From assembly GCF_009914755.1 (NCBI RefSeq), contig NC_060927.1: DNA of 64,000 bases; one strand, given 5' to 3'. Within the stretch, counting starts at the first letter, position 1, and every line of letters starts with the position of its first letter. Positions 37,229-50,599 of this stretch are shown in pieces. This stretch comes from the human T2T-CHM13v2.0 reference genome, Homo sapiens. A program made the translations under genes and the position numbers. The notes under the pieces were generated by a model. It saw only the letters and a list, made by a program, of their open reading frames with translations. It did not search any database and was not told the DNA's origin.

Positions 37229-38949
37229 TGCTCTTTGCCCCTTGCCAAATTGTCAAGGGAATATAAAGAATAAAGTCTTCAAAGCTCTACAGAACATATA
37301 TAAATAATCATTTTAATTTAACACTTTCCTTGAGCAGACAAATAGGCCCTGTGATTTGACGGGTTCCTTTTCGTCTCCATTATCTATGATGGTAATGCAT
37401 AAATCGCACTCTAACGAGCTCATATGTTAATATCTTCGATAGGATGCTTGATAGATCTGGCAGCCTGGATGGATGTGATTTCTAACCAGCTTCATATTCT
37501 AGTTGTGTAACAAACTAGAAGGGCGACAGCAATCCAGTTTGGGCTTTTCACTTTGCCAGGTATAGTAATGAGTTCATCTCTACTTTCTCCTGGGAAAGCA
37601 CTGAGAATTTTAAGAGATAAAGGTGTTTTAAAATGATGATCAGACATAAATTTGAGCCATAATTTAACAAGTTATTACTAGGATGCTTACTAAGTGAAGG
37701 ACATTTTACTATGTGTTTGGTAGGAGAAATGTTTCCAAATGCCAACAATACTCATTCCCTTTTCTGAAGGAGCTTAAAATATCATCAAGAAAGTAAAGAC
37801 TTTAAAGTTGCTTAGTGTGGTTATTTCCACAGTTTTGAATAGTAACTAAGGACATACCTGAATGGAGGTATAAATGGCCACCTGAGATTGCCATTTGTTG
37901 AATCAATGAACCTGAGTGGGTTGGGTCAGTGGCTGACTCCTAGTTAGTATTAATTAAGTCTTTAAACAAATGGAAAATTTAGAAAACATGAGAGAAGTAG
38001 CAGAATGAGATAACTCTCTGAGAGAACAAGACTTTCTAAGGTTGCTCCAAGCACCTGCTCTGGGACTGGTTAAAAGGTGATGGAGCATATGTTTAATATA
38101 GACTTTCTGACTAGACTGATCTCACCATAGGTGGTCACGGAGACTGGATGGGAACATGAGAGAAAATAAGGGGAGACTGTAGAGTGTTAGGTCCTTAAGG
38201 GGGACAAGATATGTAGAACTGAAGAGAACAAAAGATATGGAATGCAGATGAATGAGAGGTAAGTAGGAATGAGAGGTAGTAGGCAATGAACAAATTATTA
38301 TTAAAAATAGGGCCCTATTTTCTGGCCCATATTAAGTAAACTACATGTTTTTGGAACTTTCAATTTTGTTGATTCTTTACAATACTGTCTCTCACCTTGT
38401 TTTCTAAATATTTATGAAGTTTTGCTTTCAAAGTTAGATTCCTGAGTGTTTTACCTAGACATTATTTATATACATAAGCCCTGTTTACCTAAACAGTGGT
38501 TTGGGATAACTTTATCTATTTAAATAGGATAGCATTCTTTTTCTGCAGATGTCAAACATATTATTGGAATCATGAAGGATGTTGGTTTCAGTGCTGTTAT
38601 AGGAAAGACAACAAAACTCTAATTTTATATAATGAATCAGAATGCAGGCCATTTCATGCAGTAGGTTTTCTAAAAATAAAAATTAGTTAATCCTTTGAAT
38701 TTTATGGAAAAGTACAAACTTTTTTTGGACTTTATATAATGGAGAAAATCTGCCAATATTTTTCTTCCCTGTTCCTCTCCTACTTTATCAATAAATTAAG
38801 ATACAATCATATCAACTTTATAAATCACTAACAACAAAAATGATCCCAGCCTATTGATTAATATTGAATATACTGATGAAGCCAATATAAAATAAGAGCA
38901 CTTTGTGAGCCAAGAGTTTTGTTGAAACTAGAACTTCATGGATAAGTTT

Positions 38950-39480
38950 GCCAGTCAGAAGTCAGGAGACCTGTTTCTTGATTCTGAGTTTGCTACACAC
39001 AACTGGGGCTATTGATAAACCATCTTTCTCTCTAGGTCTCTGTATCTGTGTCTGTAAAATTTAGAACTAAAAGTTTGTTGGTTACAAATAATAATAATAA
39101 CAAATATTTATTGAGCTCTTACTCTCTGTCAGGCACTGTGCTAAGCCCTTTGTTTGTATTATCCCACTTAATTCAAACAATAGCTTCTTTGACGTAAAAT
39201 TATTATTATCCCAAATTTTCAGCTGTGAAAACAGAGATGCAAAGTGGACTATGGTGTAATATACTAGGCAGTGCACTGAGTGCTGTTCTTGTATCATTGC
39301 CCACTTTGGTATAATCCTCACAATAACCTTGAGGTCTACCTCCATTTCAGAGGGTAGGAAATGAAGACTCCAGGAAGGCAAGTGATTTGCCCACCTTTTC
39401 TTCATAAGAACACAACAGATCTAGCACAGATGTACAAGTTTCTTGACTCCTAGGCTGACATTTTTACACTATACACTGCT
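38950..39480. mobile_element. Cluster of three MIR fragments
   Basis: gaagtcaggagacctg..; tttattgagctcttactctctgtcaggcactgtgctaag; tccatttcagagggtaggaaatgaagactc. Confidence 0.7.
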
Positions 39481-39539
39481 TACATTAAAACCATTGAAAT
39501 CTGACATTTTCCATGTCTATAATTTTATCTATAGAAGAA

Positions 39540-39835
39540 GCCTAGGAATTTGGCAACTCACAAGCTGAATCTGGCCCATAGCTGTGTCTTGTTTGCCTGC
39601 ACAGTAATTTAAAAAGTTTGTCATTGCCAACATTTTAATGTTAGGAAGCTTCCCATAAACAATCTTGATTTTTGTCTTCTCTTGAAAAAATAGGAAGTTC
39701 CGGCCCCTTGTAGCCTCATAGCAAGTGATCGCTGGAACTGAGTCCCACACTCTTAGGTTTCACACTGTGCCCACCCAGCCCTCTTCATTTGCCTGGGGGC
39801 CCTCCAGGGCCTTTATGTTCATATGACTTGTGGAC
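39540..39835. mobile_element. MER102-like hAT-Charlie fragment
   Basis: gctgaatctggcccatag..tcttctcttgaaaaaatagga..cccacccagccctcttcatttgcctg. Confidence 0.55.
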
Positions 39836-40319
39836 TACATCGAATAATTCTATTTCTTCAAAAATCATGGCATTTGAAGGTTTGCAGCACAGCACAGCAA
39901 GTTGGTTATTCTACTTGGCTTCTTTCTCATGACATGTATGGGAATGAAAGTCATAGTGGTATGGTTGGTTTATCTTTCACAGGGCTTTTACATACTGAAC
40001 ATTTCTCCAATGTAAGTGACATTTCAAATTCAAGAAGGCAAGCCCAGTCATAATTGGCACTGTCACTGTTCGAGTTTGATGTTGGCACCTCATGTGTTTG
40101 CCCTGGTTGAGTAATCTGTTTACATCTGGGTAGGCCACACACAGACAAATGTGAACTCTGTTTATATTCATTTCCTCCCTGGGAACTTGGTTCCTGTGAA
40201 TCGCAGCTTTGGAAGGCCTGATAGATTGGAAATTTACTGGTATAGACTTGGAAGCAAAAACTTTACGTGAATCCGTTTTGGGAGCTGACCTGAGTAACCT
40301 TCTTTGGGCTACAGCAAAG

Positions 40320-40329
40320 GGGACTTTCC
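40320..40329 (+). promoter_or_regulatory. Canonical NF-kB site GGGACTTTCC
   Basis: Exact match to the Ig-kappa kB decamer; function unknown. Confidence 0.35.
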
Positions 40330-43300
40330 CATTGACAGGTCCAGTTGATTAGAACAATTGTATGAATGCCATGCATGAATATAAGATGATCAATGTAATC
40401 AAGACACTCAGTAATCCCATGTTACAGATGAGGCAATTGAAACCCAGAATAGAGTTAGCTAGATGAGTGCCTATTATATATCATAAATATGTCTTAGTAA
40501 TGAGCAGAATTCTCTCTTATTTCCTGGGTGTCTCTCCCAAACATGTAACAACCAGCTCCACTCCCAGCACTCCCAAAGAAAGACAGACTCACCCCTGCCA
40601 AACTTCACTGTCTCTGCCTTCTTCATTTCCTGTGAGCATCAGTATGCAAAGGTTCAAGAGGGATAGGATTAAGTTTAGAAGACCAAAAACTCCTGGGTCT
40701 GGCCTCTGTCTTACCCTGTGGGTCAACAGCCTCCTAAGGCCTCCTTCCCCAGTTGTGATAATCTGGCAAAATTCTTGCAGTATTGGCATCAGTAAGCTGC
40801 ATCTTAAATAAAATCTTACATTTAAGACTTTGTTGAGAGCCCCCATTCTTCAGATATAGAGCTAGGAATGCTGGAAGTCATTTAGAGAAAATTGTCTCCT
40901 TTTACTCTCCTTTCCTCATCTCCTCCCACCTCCAGCAGTAGGTTACAGGTAAAATTAGGAGAGGAGTAAATGGAAAAAAATGGGAAGGTCTCCAGGAGGT
41001 GAATCATTGGCACCATTTATTATCAGGAATACTTGTCTGGAACCTATTTTTGGAAGCATTGGGATACCTAATCCTGGTTTGTCAGAACTGCAAAATATCT
41101 CCTTGCAGAGACCATCTAATTTTTTATTCAGAAAATATAGTCACTTTAGTCTCCAGCATTCTGCTGGGCATTATGAAGCTTACAAAAAGAGCATGCAGAA
41201 GGGATGGCCTCAGCTTTCAGGGAGTACATACTCTAGTTGCAAAGTCAGAAATGTGTACAACAGTGTTTATGTAAGAGCCTTAGTCTTCTTCGAAGCACCA
41301 TCAGCATCATAAAAACACTTAACATGATAAATATTCCCGTATCCATTCTTCATTAATAACACCTAGAGCTTCTCAAGGACAAATGTATTTTTGAGGTGAA
41401 AGAAAAGGGATGATATAAAACTAAGGTGAAGAGATGTTAAGCTGCCTTAGGAGTAGAGACCGGGCTGATTTAGAAGTGACTTTATAAAAGGTAATCTTTA
41501 ATATTCAAGTACTTTAGACATTAATGAGACTACCAAGGGGTAATGTTTAATAACTTACTACAGGTTAAATAGCCAATGATAACTTCTATGCAAACTTGAG
41601 CACAATTTGGGATAGTATGGTATGTTTTTAATGCGATTCCTAAGAAAGTGCTGAAGTCTTCCGTATGTATGGGTAATATTGTTGGCAACACAAGATACCA
41701 TTTTTATGCGATAATGGCACTCCTACATGTAAAAATCCCAGAGAGTGAATCAGCCTTATGGAATGTGTTTCCTGTTTTCTATTTTGCCACAGTTTTCTTT
41801 CAGTAGACATGTAGCTTTGAAGGTGAGTATAATTAAACATTCCTTGGTATTGCATCTCTCATGCATATATGAGAAAATTTAGCGGCAAATTTCTTCTCTA
41901 AAGAATGTGCAAAACACTTTTGAATTGATCAGCTCTTCTAGTACTTTACTCTGAAACTTGGTTGTTCTGGCTCGTGTCTATTTTCAATACATTGTATGTA
42001 AATGATGATTTATTTTCTAAGTGAATTTATCTGACTGTCAGATGAAGCATTCTGCGTGGATGGAGGTGGAAGTTAGAGGAAGGTCACGAGAATATGTTCT
42101 GTGTGCCTTCACATTTGGTGCTTAGAGGTCTCTGGTTATTATTGTGCTTCCCTTCCATGCCCTTCTTAATTCTGGCTTTTATCCCAGCCATTGTGACAGC
42201 TGTTTGTAATTCTGTTGGCAGTTCATTTCTGGATGAATTACACATTGCTCTGTCTGCTTGTCATTGTTGTGGCCTCTTCAAGTTCCCATGTGATGGGAGA
42301 ACAAAACAGTCTGGGCTCTGTAAAGGACTCGACTTTCTATTCAAATTGGAATTATTTTTAGAAAGCTTCTGTAGAATCTAAAGTTTCCTCAATCAGCAGG
42401 ATTCATATAAAGCCATATGTTGGTGTGCTTTCCTCAGAAAAAGCCTTAGAAAAGTTCTTTTAGAATCTCACAGCTTGTGGGAGGCTGCATTCTGTGGGCA
42501 GGCCTGCCCCACGCACCTGGAGTCACGGCAAGGTTTCTGTGAGGTGCTGAGTGTGTGAGGTCTTCGGTGGTAATTTGCTCTTGAGGCACTAGACTCAACC
42601 AACAAGGGCCAAAACTATATTACAGTGAACTCTGTTAGCAGCCAAGTTGAGGATGCAGAGTGATCTGTTTAATCAATACTTTATCTGGATTGTCAGTTGT
42701 AAAAGGCTTAGAAATAATGCAACAAAATACTCAACTCTGAAATAACACCGAGTGTCATTTCACCTTTGTTTGATTCAGAAGGTCCTTTAGAATCTTTGTG
42801 TCCTGGGGGAGCTAGTTAATAAAGATTCCAGGTTTAGAATGTTTGATAAATTAGCCTTTATTCTAGTTAGGAAGGGAAATAGACAAGTGGAAATGCCATA
42901 AAGTCCTCCTGGCCCAAGAGGGAGATGAGAGGCCTAAGCAAAAATAAGGTATTTGCGGTTAGTGGCATTAGTATTACTCATCGCTCACCGCTATTAAGTA
43001 CCCCATAAATATTTCACTTCTGGAGTGTAAGGTGGGTCAAAGTAGGACCTCTTCTTTACCTATATTGGACCCTCACCTATTAGCACCCTGTTCTGTAATA
43101 TGCTTTGAGATATTTAATAATTCTATTGATTTGCAGCAAAGGCCCAGGGTTTTTAGGAAAGTTCTCCCAGAAATGGGCCTCACATTGGTCTGTCTAGCTC
43201 ATGTAGCCCAGTTCACCCCAAACTGGACTGTCACTCAGAAACAGGTCAAGAGAACGTATCTGATTACACAGGATTTCATGTCCCAGTGGCCTGGAGGGCA

Positions 43301-43807
43301 TAGCATGTGCCACAGGACTGATGTTCTGACTTGGTGCCCTGTCTCAGGGCCAGCTCTCATTTTAGGCTTCCAGGTTCATCCTTCAAAGGGTTGGAAACAG
43401 CATCACAATTTTTTTATCTTAGGAGATTTCTCACCCTTGACAAGCCCGCAGGACAAACAGACCTGACCTCCATGGCCCCTTGTCTCTCAGCCCTGGTTAA
43501 ATGAATATTCACTCTGTGGAGCATCACACCAGGCATCGTGTAAAATTATAGAAGAAGGAGGTGCTGCACTCCTGGCCTTTGAGCATCTTATCAACTTACA
43601 GGAAAGACAAAACCAGCACACAACAAAATATATAAAAACTTAAATGTCAGCTGCATATATATATATATATATATATAGTTATTTATAAATTCAATTGACA
43701 TAGACTGGAAATACATATTTATGTATACATATATCTATATGTACATAAAGTTAAGGCATTTCTGAAATGACTGAAGTGACTAGAATTAGAAAAAGGTAGT
43801 TTTCTAT

Positions 43808-44232
43808 TGGCTTAGTTTTAGTCCCCCAGAAGTGACCCTGAGACAAGGACTTGAGAGCAAGTAGTTTATTTGGGAGGTATAGCAAATGCCAGTAAGAAGA
43901 GAGGGAAAGAATGACAGGAAAAGTAAGGCAGACAACAAAGGGTATGATATGGAGCCAGCTATGACTGTGCACAGCTAGAGCTAAAGCCTATGAAAAAATT
44001 CTGGGAAATAATTTAGAACATTTGCCCTGGACTCCTATCAGTAACTGGTTGAGGACTCCTCTCAAGGTGAGTTAATACCCAGATATTCATAGATCACCAT
44101 ACCTGGACAGAATAGTTTCTCGAGAAACAAAACAAAACAAACCTCATGCAAAGAGATGCAGTTAATGGCAGTTTCAAGGCTGGTCTTTGTAAGACCTGAG
44201 GGATACAGTAAGGGACCAACATTCTCTGCTAC
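43808..44232 (-). mobile_element. LTR16-family ERVL LTR
   Basis: cccccagaagtgaccctgagacaaggacttgagagcaagtagtttatttgggagg..ctctgctaca. Confidence 0.75.
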
Positions 44233-45166
44233 ATTCACACATATTAGTGAGAAAAATGGTTTGGAAAGGAGAAAGGGATTTTGAACATTTAGGAAGCCAG
44301 TGTCTATAAAGACCCAAAAGTAATGATAGATAACATTCAAACCAGTACAAAAAGCATCCTTATGCAAGTTCCTCAAAGGAGTATGCCTCAAGTGGCATAG
44401 GGAAAAAGATCTGGGAGACCAGTTGAACCAGACAGAAAACGAGGAGCAACTTGGGGTACAAGGATTCAGATTGTGATGGCTGCCCTAAGTTAGGATTCCC
44501 TGTGATCCACTAGACATGTTTCAGCTGCAAACCATACTGGGAATAGTGGGTAGTTTAGCCACATTGTGGATTATGAAGCATCTACTTTATCTGTGGCATG
44601 AAGTCCTGACACATCACAGGAAACATTTCAGAAGAATGAGAGCTGGGTGCTATTGGAGATGCAATGGGTCAGCATGTCCTTCCTTCAACTCACCTAGGTC
44701 AAAGAGGTGGGCAGTTGCCAACAAGCACTGGAGGTTTTATACTAGGTCTCCTGTATTTTTAAAGGATAAGACTGACAGCACTGGGATGGTGGGCATGGGG
44801 CTCATGATGATTAGTAGTACCTCTAAAGTGGATCTGATGTAATATAGTCTTCTCTTGAATTGCATTGTATGTATAGATCTTCTCTAAGGAGCTGGTAGAT
44901 GGGAAGTTAAGACTGGCAAAGACAGAAACACTGCAGAGGGCTCTTGTTCATCTGACACTGGTTAGTTATTGACATATTGCTACAGAAGGCCTGTAGCCTA
45001 GGCTTTAGCAAATGCCTCCTACAAGGACTCCTGTGTGTCGATCTTTGTTAATGGAAATGTCTATGTGTTTTATGTAACTTTTAGCTGCCCTGGCAGATGT
45101 GCCTAGGAATGAGCTCTCTGAGAATGCATCTCAGGGTTAATTATTCTTTAATATGTAAAATCATAC

Positions 45167-45541
45167 TAATATGGTTTGGATGTGTCCCCACACAAATCTC
45201 ATCTTGAATTGTAGTTCCCATAATCCCCAAGTGTTGTGAGAAGGACCCAGTGGGAAGTAATTTAATCTTGGGGGCAGTTACCCTCTTGCTGTTCTCTTGT
45301 TAATGAATGAGTTCTCTTGAGATCTGATGGTTTTATAAGGGGCTTTTCCCCACTTTGCTTGGCATTTCTGACTCCTGCTGCCATGTGAAGGAAAGTGTGT
45401 TTGCTTCCCCTTCTGGGATCATTTTAAGTTTCCTGAGGCCTCCCCAGCCATGTGCAACTGCGAGTCAACTGAACTCCTTTCCTTCATAAATTATCTAGTC
45501 TTGGATATTTCTTCATAGCAATGTGAGAACAGACTAATACA
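45167..45541 (+). mobile_element. THE1 (C/D-like) 5' LTR
   Basis: taatatggtttggatgtgtcccc..gaacagactaataca. Confidence 0.95.
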
Positions 45542-46118
45542 GTAAATTGGTGCTACAGAGAGTAGGTGTTGCTATAAAGATACCCAAAAATGTGGAATCC
45601 ACTTTGGAATTGGGTAACAGGCAGAGGTTGGAACAGTTTGGAGGACTCAGAGGAAGACAGGAATATGTGGAAAAGTTTGGAACTTCCTAGAGACTGGTTG
45701 AATGGCTTTCACCAAAATGCTGATAATGATATGGACAATGAAGTCTAGGCTGAATTGGTCTCAGATGGAGATGAAGAATCTTGGGAACTGGAGCAAAGGT
45801 TACTCTTGGTATACTTTAGCAAAGAGACTGATGGCATTTTACACCTGCCCTAGAAATCTGTGGAACTTTGAACTTGAGGGAAATGATCTGAAATAGGAAT
45901 GTGCATTTAAAAGGAAAGCAGAGCATAAAAGTTTGAAAAATTTGAGCCTGATAATGCAATAGAAAAAATATATTTTCTTGAGAGAAAGTCAAGCTGGCTG
46001 TAGAAATTTGCACAAGTAATGAGGAACCAAATGTTAATCACCAAGACAATAGGAAAAATGTCTCCAGGGCGTATCAGAGATCTTTATGGCAGCCCCTCCC
46101 ATCACAGGCCCAGAGGCT
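45542..46118 (+). mobile_element. THE1 internal sequence, 3'-truncated
   Basis: gtaaattggt..ttggaattgggtaacaggcagaggttggaacagtttgg..cagcccctcccatcacaggcccagaggct; no 3' LTR. Confidence 0.9.
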
Positions 46119-46164
46119 ATTGAATAGGAGCTTACATGAAACGATCTCTAAAATATAGTAAACT

Positions 46165-46370
46165 TTCACTATCCAGTATGCTAGTACAAGTTTACTGTAC
46201 CTGCACACATTGCTATTTAAGCTCAAATTAATTAAGATTAAGTATAATTTAAAATTTAGTTTCTTAATCATGGTAGCTTCATTTCAGGAACTCAAAGCTA
46301 CCAGTGGCTAGTGACTTCTATATTAGACAGCACAGAACATTTCCATCATGGCATGAAGCTCTGCAATAGA
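46165..46370 (-). mobile_element. MER3/MER33 fossil
   Basis: ttgctatttaagctcaaatttaattaag..gtggctagtgacttctatattagacagcacagaacatttccatcat. Confidence 0.7.
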
Positions 46371-46409
46371 ACTATAGTGAATGAGCAAAGCGTAACTCAA
46401 AAACCTCAT

Positions 46410-49400
46410 TCCCAACACATAAACAAGTCTACAAAATAACCGGCTAGCGTCATGATGACAGGATCAAGTCCACATATAACAATACCACTAACCTTAAATG
46501 TAAATGGGCTAAATGCTCCAATTAAAAGACACAAAATGGCAATTTAAATAAAGAACCAAGATCCATCAGTATGCTGTCTTCAAGAGACCCATTTCACATG
46601 CAAAGACACACATAGGCTCCAAAATAAAGGGATGGAGGAAAATTTATGAAGCAAATGGAAAACAGAAAAAAACAAGGACTGCCATCCTAATTACTGGCAA
46701 AATAGATTTTAAACTACCAAAGATCAAAAAAGGCAAGGGCATTACATAATGGTAAAGGGTTCAATTTAACAAGAAGAGCTAACTATCCTAAATATATATG
46801 CACCCAACACAGGAGCCCTCAGATTCACAAAGTAAGTTCTTAGAGACCTTCAAAGAGATTTAGACTCCCACACAGTAGTAGTGGGAGACTTTAACACCCC
46901 ACTGACGGTATTAGATAGATCACAGAGACAGAAAATTAACAAAGATATTCAGGACCCAAACTCAGCTCTCCATTAGGTGGACCTGATAGATATCTACAGA
47001 ACTCTTCACCCCCAAAAAACAGAATATACATTCTTCTCATCACTGCATGACTCTTACTCTAAAACTGACCACATAATCGGAACTAAAACTCTCCTCAGCA
47101 AATGTAAAAGAACTGAAATCATAACAAACCATCTCTCAGACCACAGTGCAATCAAATTATAACTCAAGATTAAGTAATTCACTCAAAACCACACGCCTAT
47201 GTGGAAATTGAACAACCTGCTCCTGAATGACTCCTAGGTAAATAATGAAATTAAGGCAGAAATAAAGAAGTTCTTTGAAACTACTGAGAACAAAGATACA
47301 ATCTACCATAATCTCTGGATGCAGCCAAGGCAGTGTTAAGAGGGAAATTTATAGCTCTAAATGCCCACATCCAAAAGCTAGAAAGATCTCAAGTTAACAA
47401 CCTAAAATCACTTAAAACAACTAGAGAACCAAGAGGAAACAAACCACAAGGCTAGAAAAAAAAACAAGAAATAACCAAGATCAGAGCTGAACTGAAGAAT
47501 CTAGAAACATGAAAAACCCTTCAAAAAATCGATGAATCCAGGAGCTGGGTTTTGGAAAAAATATTAATAAAATAGATAGACCTCTAGCTAGACTAATAAA
47601 GAAGAAAAGAAAGAAAAATCAAATAAACACAATCAGAAATGATAAGGGGGATCTCCCCACTGACCGCACAGAAATACAAACAGTCATCAAAAAATACTAT
47701 AAACACCTCTATGCACATAAACTAGAAAATCTAGAAGAAATGGATAAATTCCTGGACATATATATCCTCTCAAGACTGAACCAGGAAGGAATTGAATCCC
47801 TGAATAGACCAATAATGAGTTCTGAAAATTGAGGCAGTAATAAATAGGCTATTGACTGAAAAAAGCCCAGGGCCAGATGGATTCACAGCTGAATTCTGCC
47901 AGAGGTACAAAGAAGAGCGGATACCATTCCTATAGAAACTATTCCAAAACACTGAAAAAGAGGGACTCCTCTCTAACTCATTCTATGAGGCCAGTATCAT
48001 CCTGATACCAAAACCTGCCAGAAATACAACAAAAAAATAGAACACTTTAGGCCAATATCCTTAATGAATATCGATGTGAAAATTGTCAACAAAATACTAG
48101 CAAACTGAATCCAGCAGCACATCAAAAAGCTTATCCACCACAATCAAGTAGGCTTCATCCCGGGGTTGCAAGGTTAGTTCAACATAGGCAAATCAATAAA
48201 TATGACTCATCACATAAACAGAGCTAAAGACAAAAACCACATGATTATGTAAATAGATGCATAAAAGGCCTTTGATAAAAATTAACATCCCTTCATTTTA
48301 AAAACTCTTAATAAACTAGGTATTGAAAGAACATACCTCTAAATAATAAAAGCCATATATGACAAACCCACAGCCAATATCATACTGAATGGGCAAAAGC
48401 TGGAAGCATTCCCCTTGAAAACCAGCACAAGACAAGTTTGCCCTATCTCACCAGTCCTATTCAAGATAGTATTGGAAGTTCTGGCCAGGGGAATCAGGCA
48501 AGAGAAAGAAATAAAGGACATTCAAATAGGAAGAGAGGAAGCCAAACTACCTTTGTTTGCAGATGATACGATCCTGTATCTGGAAAACCCCATCTTCTCA
48601 GCCCAAGAGCTGCTTAGATGATAAGCAACTTGGCAAACCCTCAGGATACAAAAGTCAATGTGAAAAAGTCACTAGCATTTCTATACACCAACAACAGATA
48701 AGCCAAGAACCAAATCACAGGTGATCCATTTACAACTGCTGCAAAAAGAATAAAATTCCTAGGAATACAGCTAACAAGGGAATTGAAGGACCTCTTCAAG
48801 GAGAACTACAAACCACTGCTCAAAGAAATCAGAGAGGACAGAACAAATGGAAAATCATTAATTCCATGTTCATGGATAGGAAGAATTAATATTGTGAAAA
48901 TGGCCATACTGCCAAAAGCACTTTATAGATTCAGTGCTATTCCCATTAAACTACCATTGACATTCTTCACAAAATTAGAAAAAAACTATTTGGAAATGCA
49001 TACAGAACCAAAAAGAGCCTAAATAATCAAGGCAGTTCTAAGCAAAAAGAACAAAGCTGAAGGCATCACACTACCCGACTTCAAAGTATATTACAGGGCT
49101 GCAGTAACCAAAACAGCATGGTACTTGTATAAGAACAGACACATAGACCAATGGAACAGAATAGAGAACCCAGAAATAAGACTACATACCTACAACCATC
49201 TGATCTTCAACAAACCTGACAAAAACAAGCAATGGGGAAAGGATTTCCTATTCAATAAACAGTGCTGGGAGAACTGGCTAGCCATATGCGGAAAATTGAA
49301 ATTGGACCCCTTCCTTACACAATATGCAAAAATCAACTCAAGATGAATTAAAGAGTTAAATGTAAAACCCACAACTATAAAAACCCTAGATGAAAACCTA

Positions 49401-50596
49401 GGCAATACAATTCAGGTCATAGGCACAGGCTAAGATTTCATGATGAAGACATCAAAAGCAATTGCAACAAAAGGAAAAATTGGCAAATGGGATGTAATTA
49501 AACTAAAGAGCTTCTGCACAGCAAAAGAAATCATCAATAAATTAAACAGATAACCTGCAGAATGGGAGAAAATTTTGCGACATATCCGTCTCATAAACAT
49601 CTAATATCCAGCATGTATAAGGAACTTAAACAAATTTACAAGAAGATAACAACCTCATTAAAAGTGGGCAAAGGACATGAACAGATACGTCTCAAAAAAA
49701 GACATACATGTGGCCAACTAACATATGAAAAAAAAGCTCAATATCACTGATCATTAGAGAAATGCAAATCAAAACCACAATGAGATGCCATCTCACACCA
49801 GTCAGAATGGCTATTATTATTAGGTTGGTGCAAAAGTAATTGTGGCTTTTGTCATCAAAATTAATGGCAAAAAAACACAGTTACTTTTGTACCAACCTTC
49901 TAAAAAGTCAAAAAACAACACATGCTGGCGATGTTGTGGAGAAAAACAAAATGCTTTTACACTGTTGGTGGGAGTGTAAATTAGCTAAATCATTATAGAA
50001 AACAGTGTGGTGATTCCTGAAAGACCTAGAAGCAGAAATATCTTTCAACCCAGCAATCCCATTACTGAGTATATACCCAAAGTAATATAAATTGTTGTAT
50101 TATAAAGATACATGTGCATGTATAGTCATTGCTGCACTATTCACGATAGCACAGACATGGAATCAGCCTAAATGCCCATCAGTGATAGACTAGATAAAGA
50201 AAATGTGGCACATATACCCCATGGAATACTATGCAGCCATAAAAAGGAATGAGATAATTTCCTTCTTGGGGGCATAGATGGATTTGGAAGCTGTTATCCT
50301 CAGCAAACTATCATAGGAACAGAAAACCAAATACCCTGTGTTTTCACTTATAAGTGGGAGCTGAAAGATGACAACACATGGACACATGAGGGCGGGAAAC
50401 ACACACTGGGGCCTGTTGGAGAGTGGAGGTGGGAGGAGGGAGAACATCAGGTAGAATAGCTAACACATGCTGGGCTTAATACCTTGGTGATGGGATGATC
50501 TGTGCAGCAAACCACAGTGGCACACTTTTACCTATATAACAAACCTGCATATCCTGCATACATATCCCTGAACTTAAAATGAAAGAAAAAAAAAAA
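46410..50596 (+). mobile_element. 5'-truncated L1PA10/11-like LINE-1 (whole ORF2 region, disabled)
   Basis: ORF2 start atgacaggatca at ~46455; EN remnant (46977-47162), RT FADD at 48556-48567, 3'UTR and poly-A; many stops and frameshifts; appears inserted into a MIR. Confidence 0.95.
49820..49900. mobile_element. MADE1 (Hsmar1 MITE) inserted in L1 ORF2
   Basis: ttaggttggtgcaaaagtaattg..ttacttttgtaccaacct palindrome, 81 bp, TA on both sides. Confidence 0.95.
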
Positions 50597-50599
50597 CCT

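Noticed and set aside
46455-50360. L1 ORF2 as a functional CDS
   Set aside because: Many stops and frameshifts plus a MADE1 insertion; no 5'UTR or ORF1.
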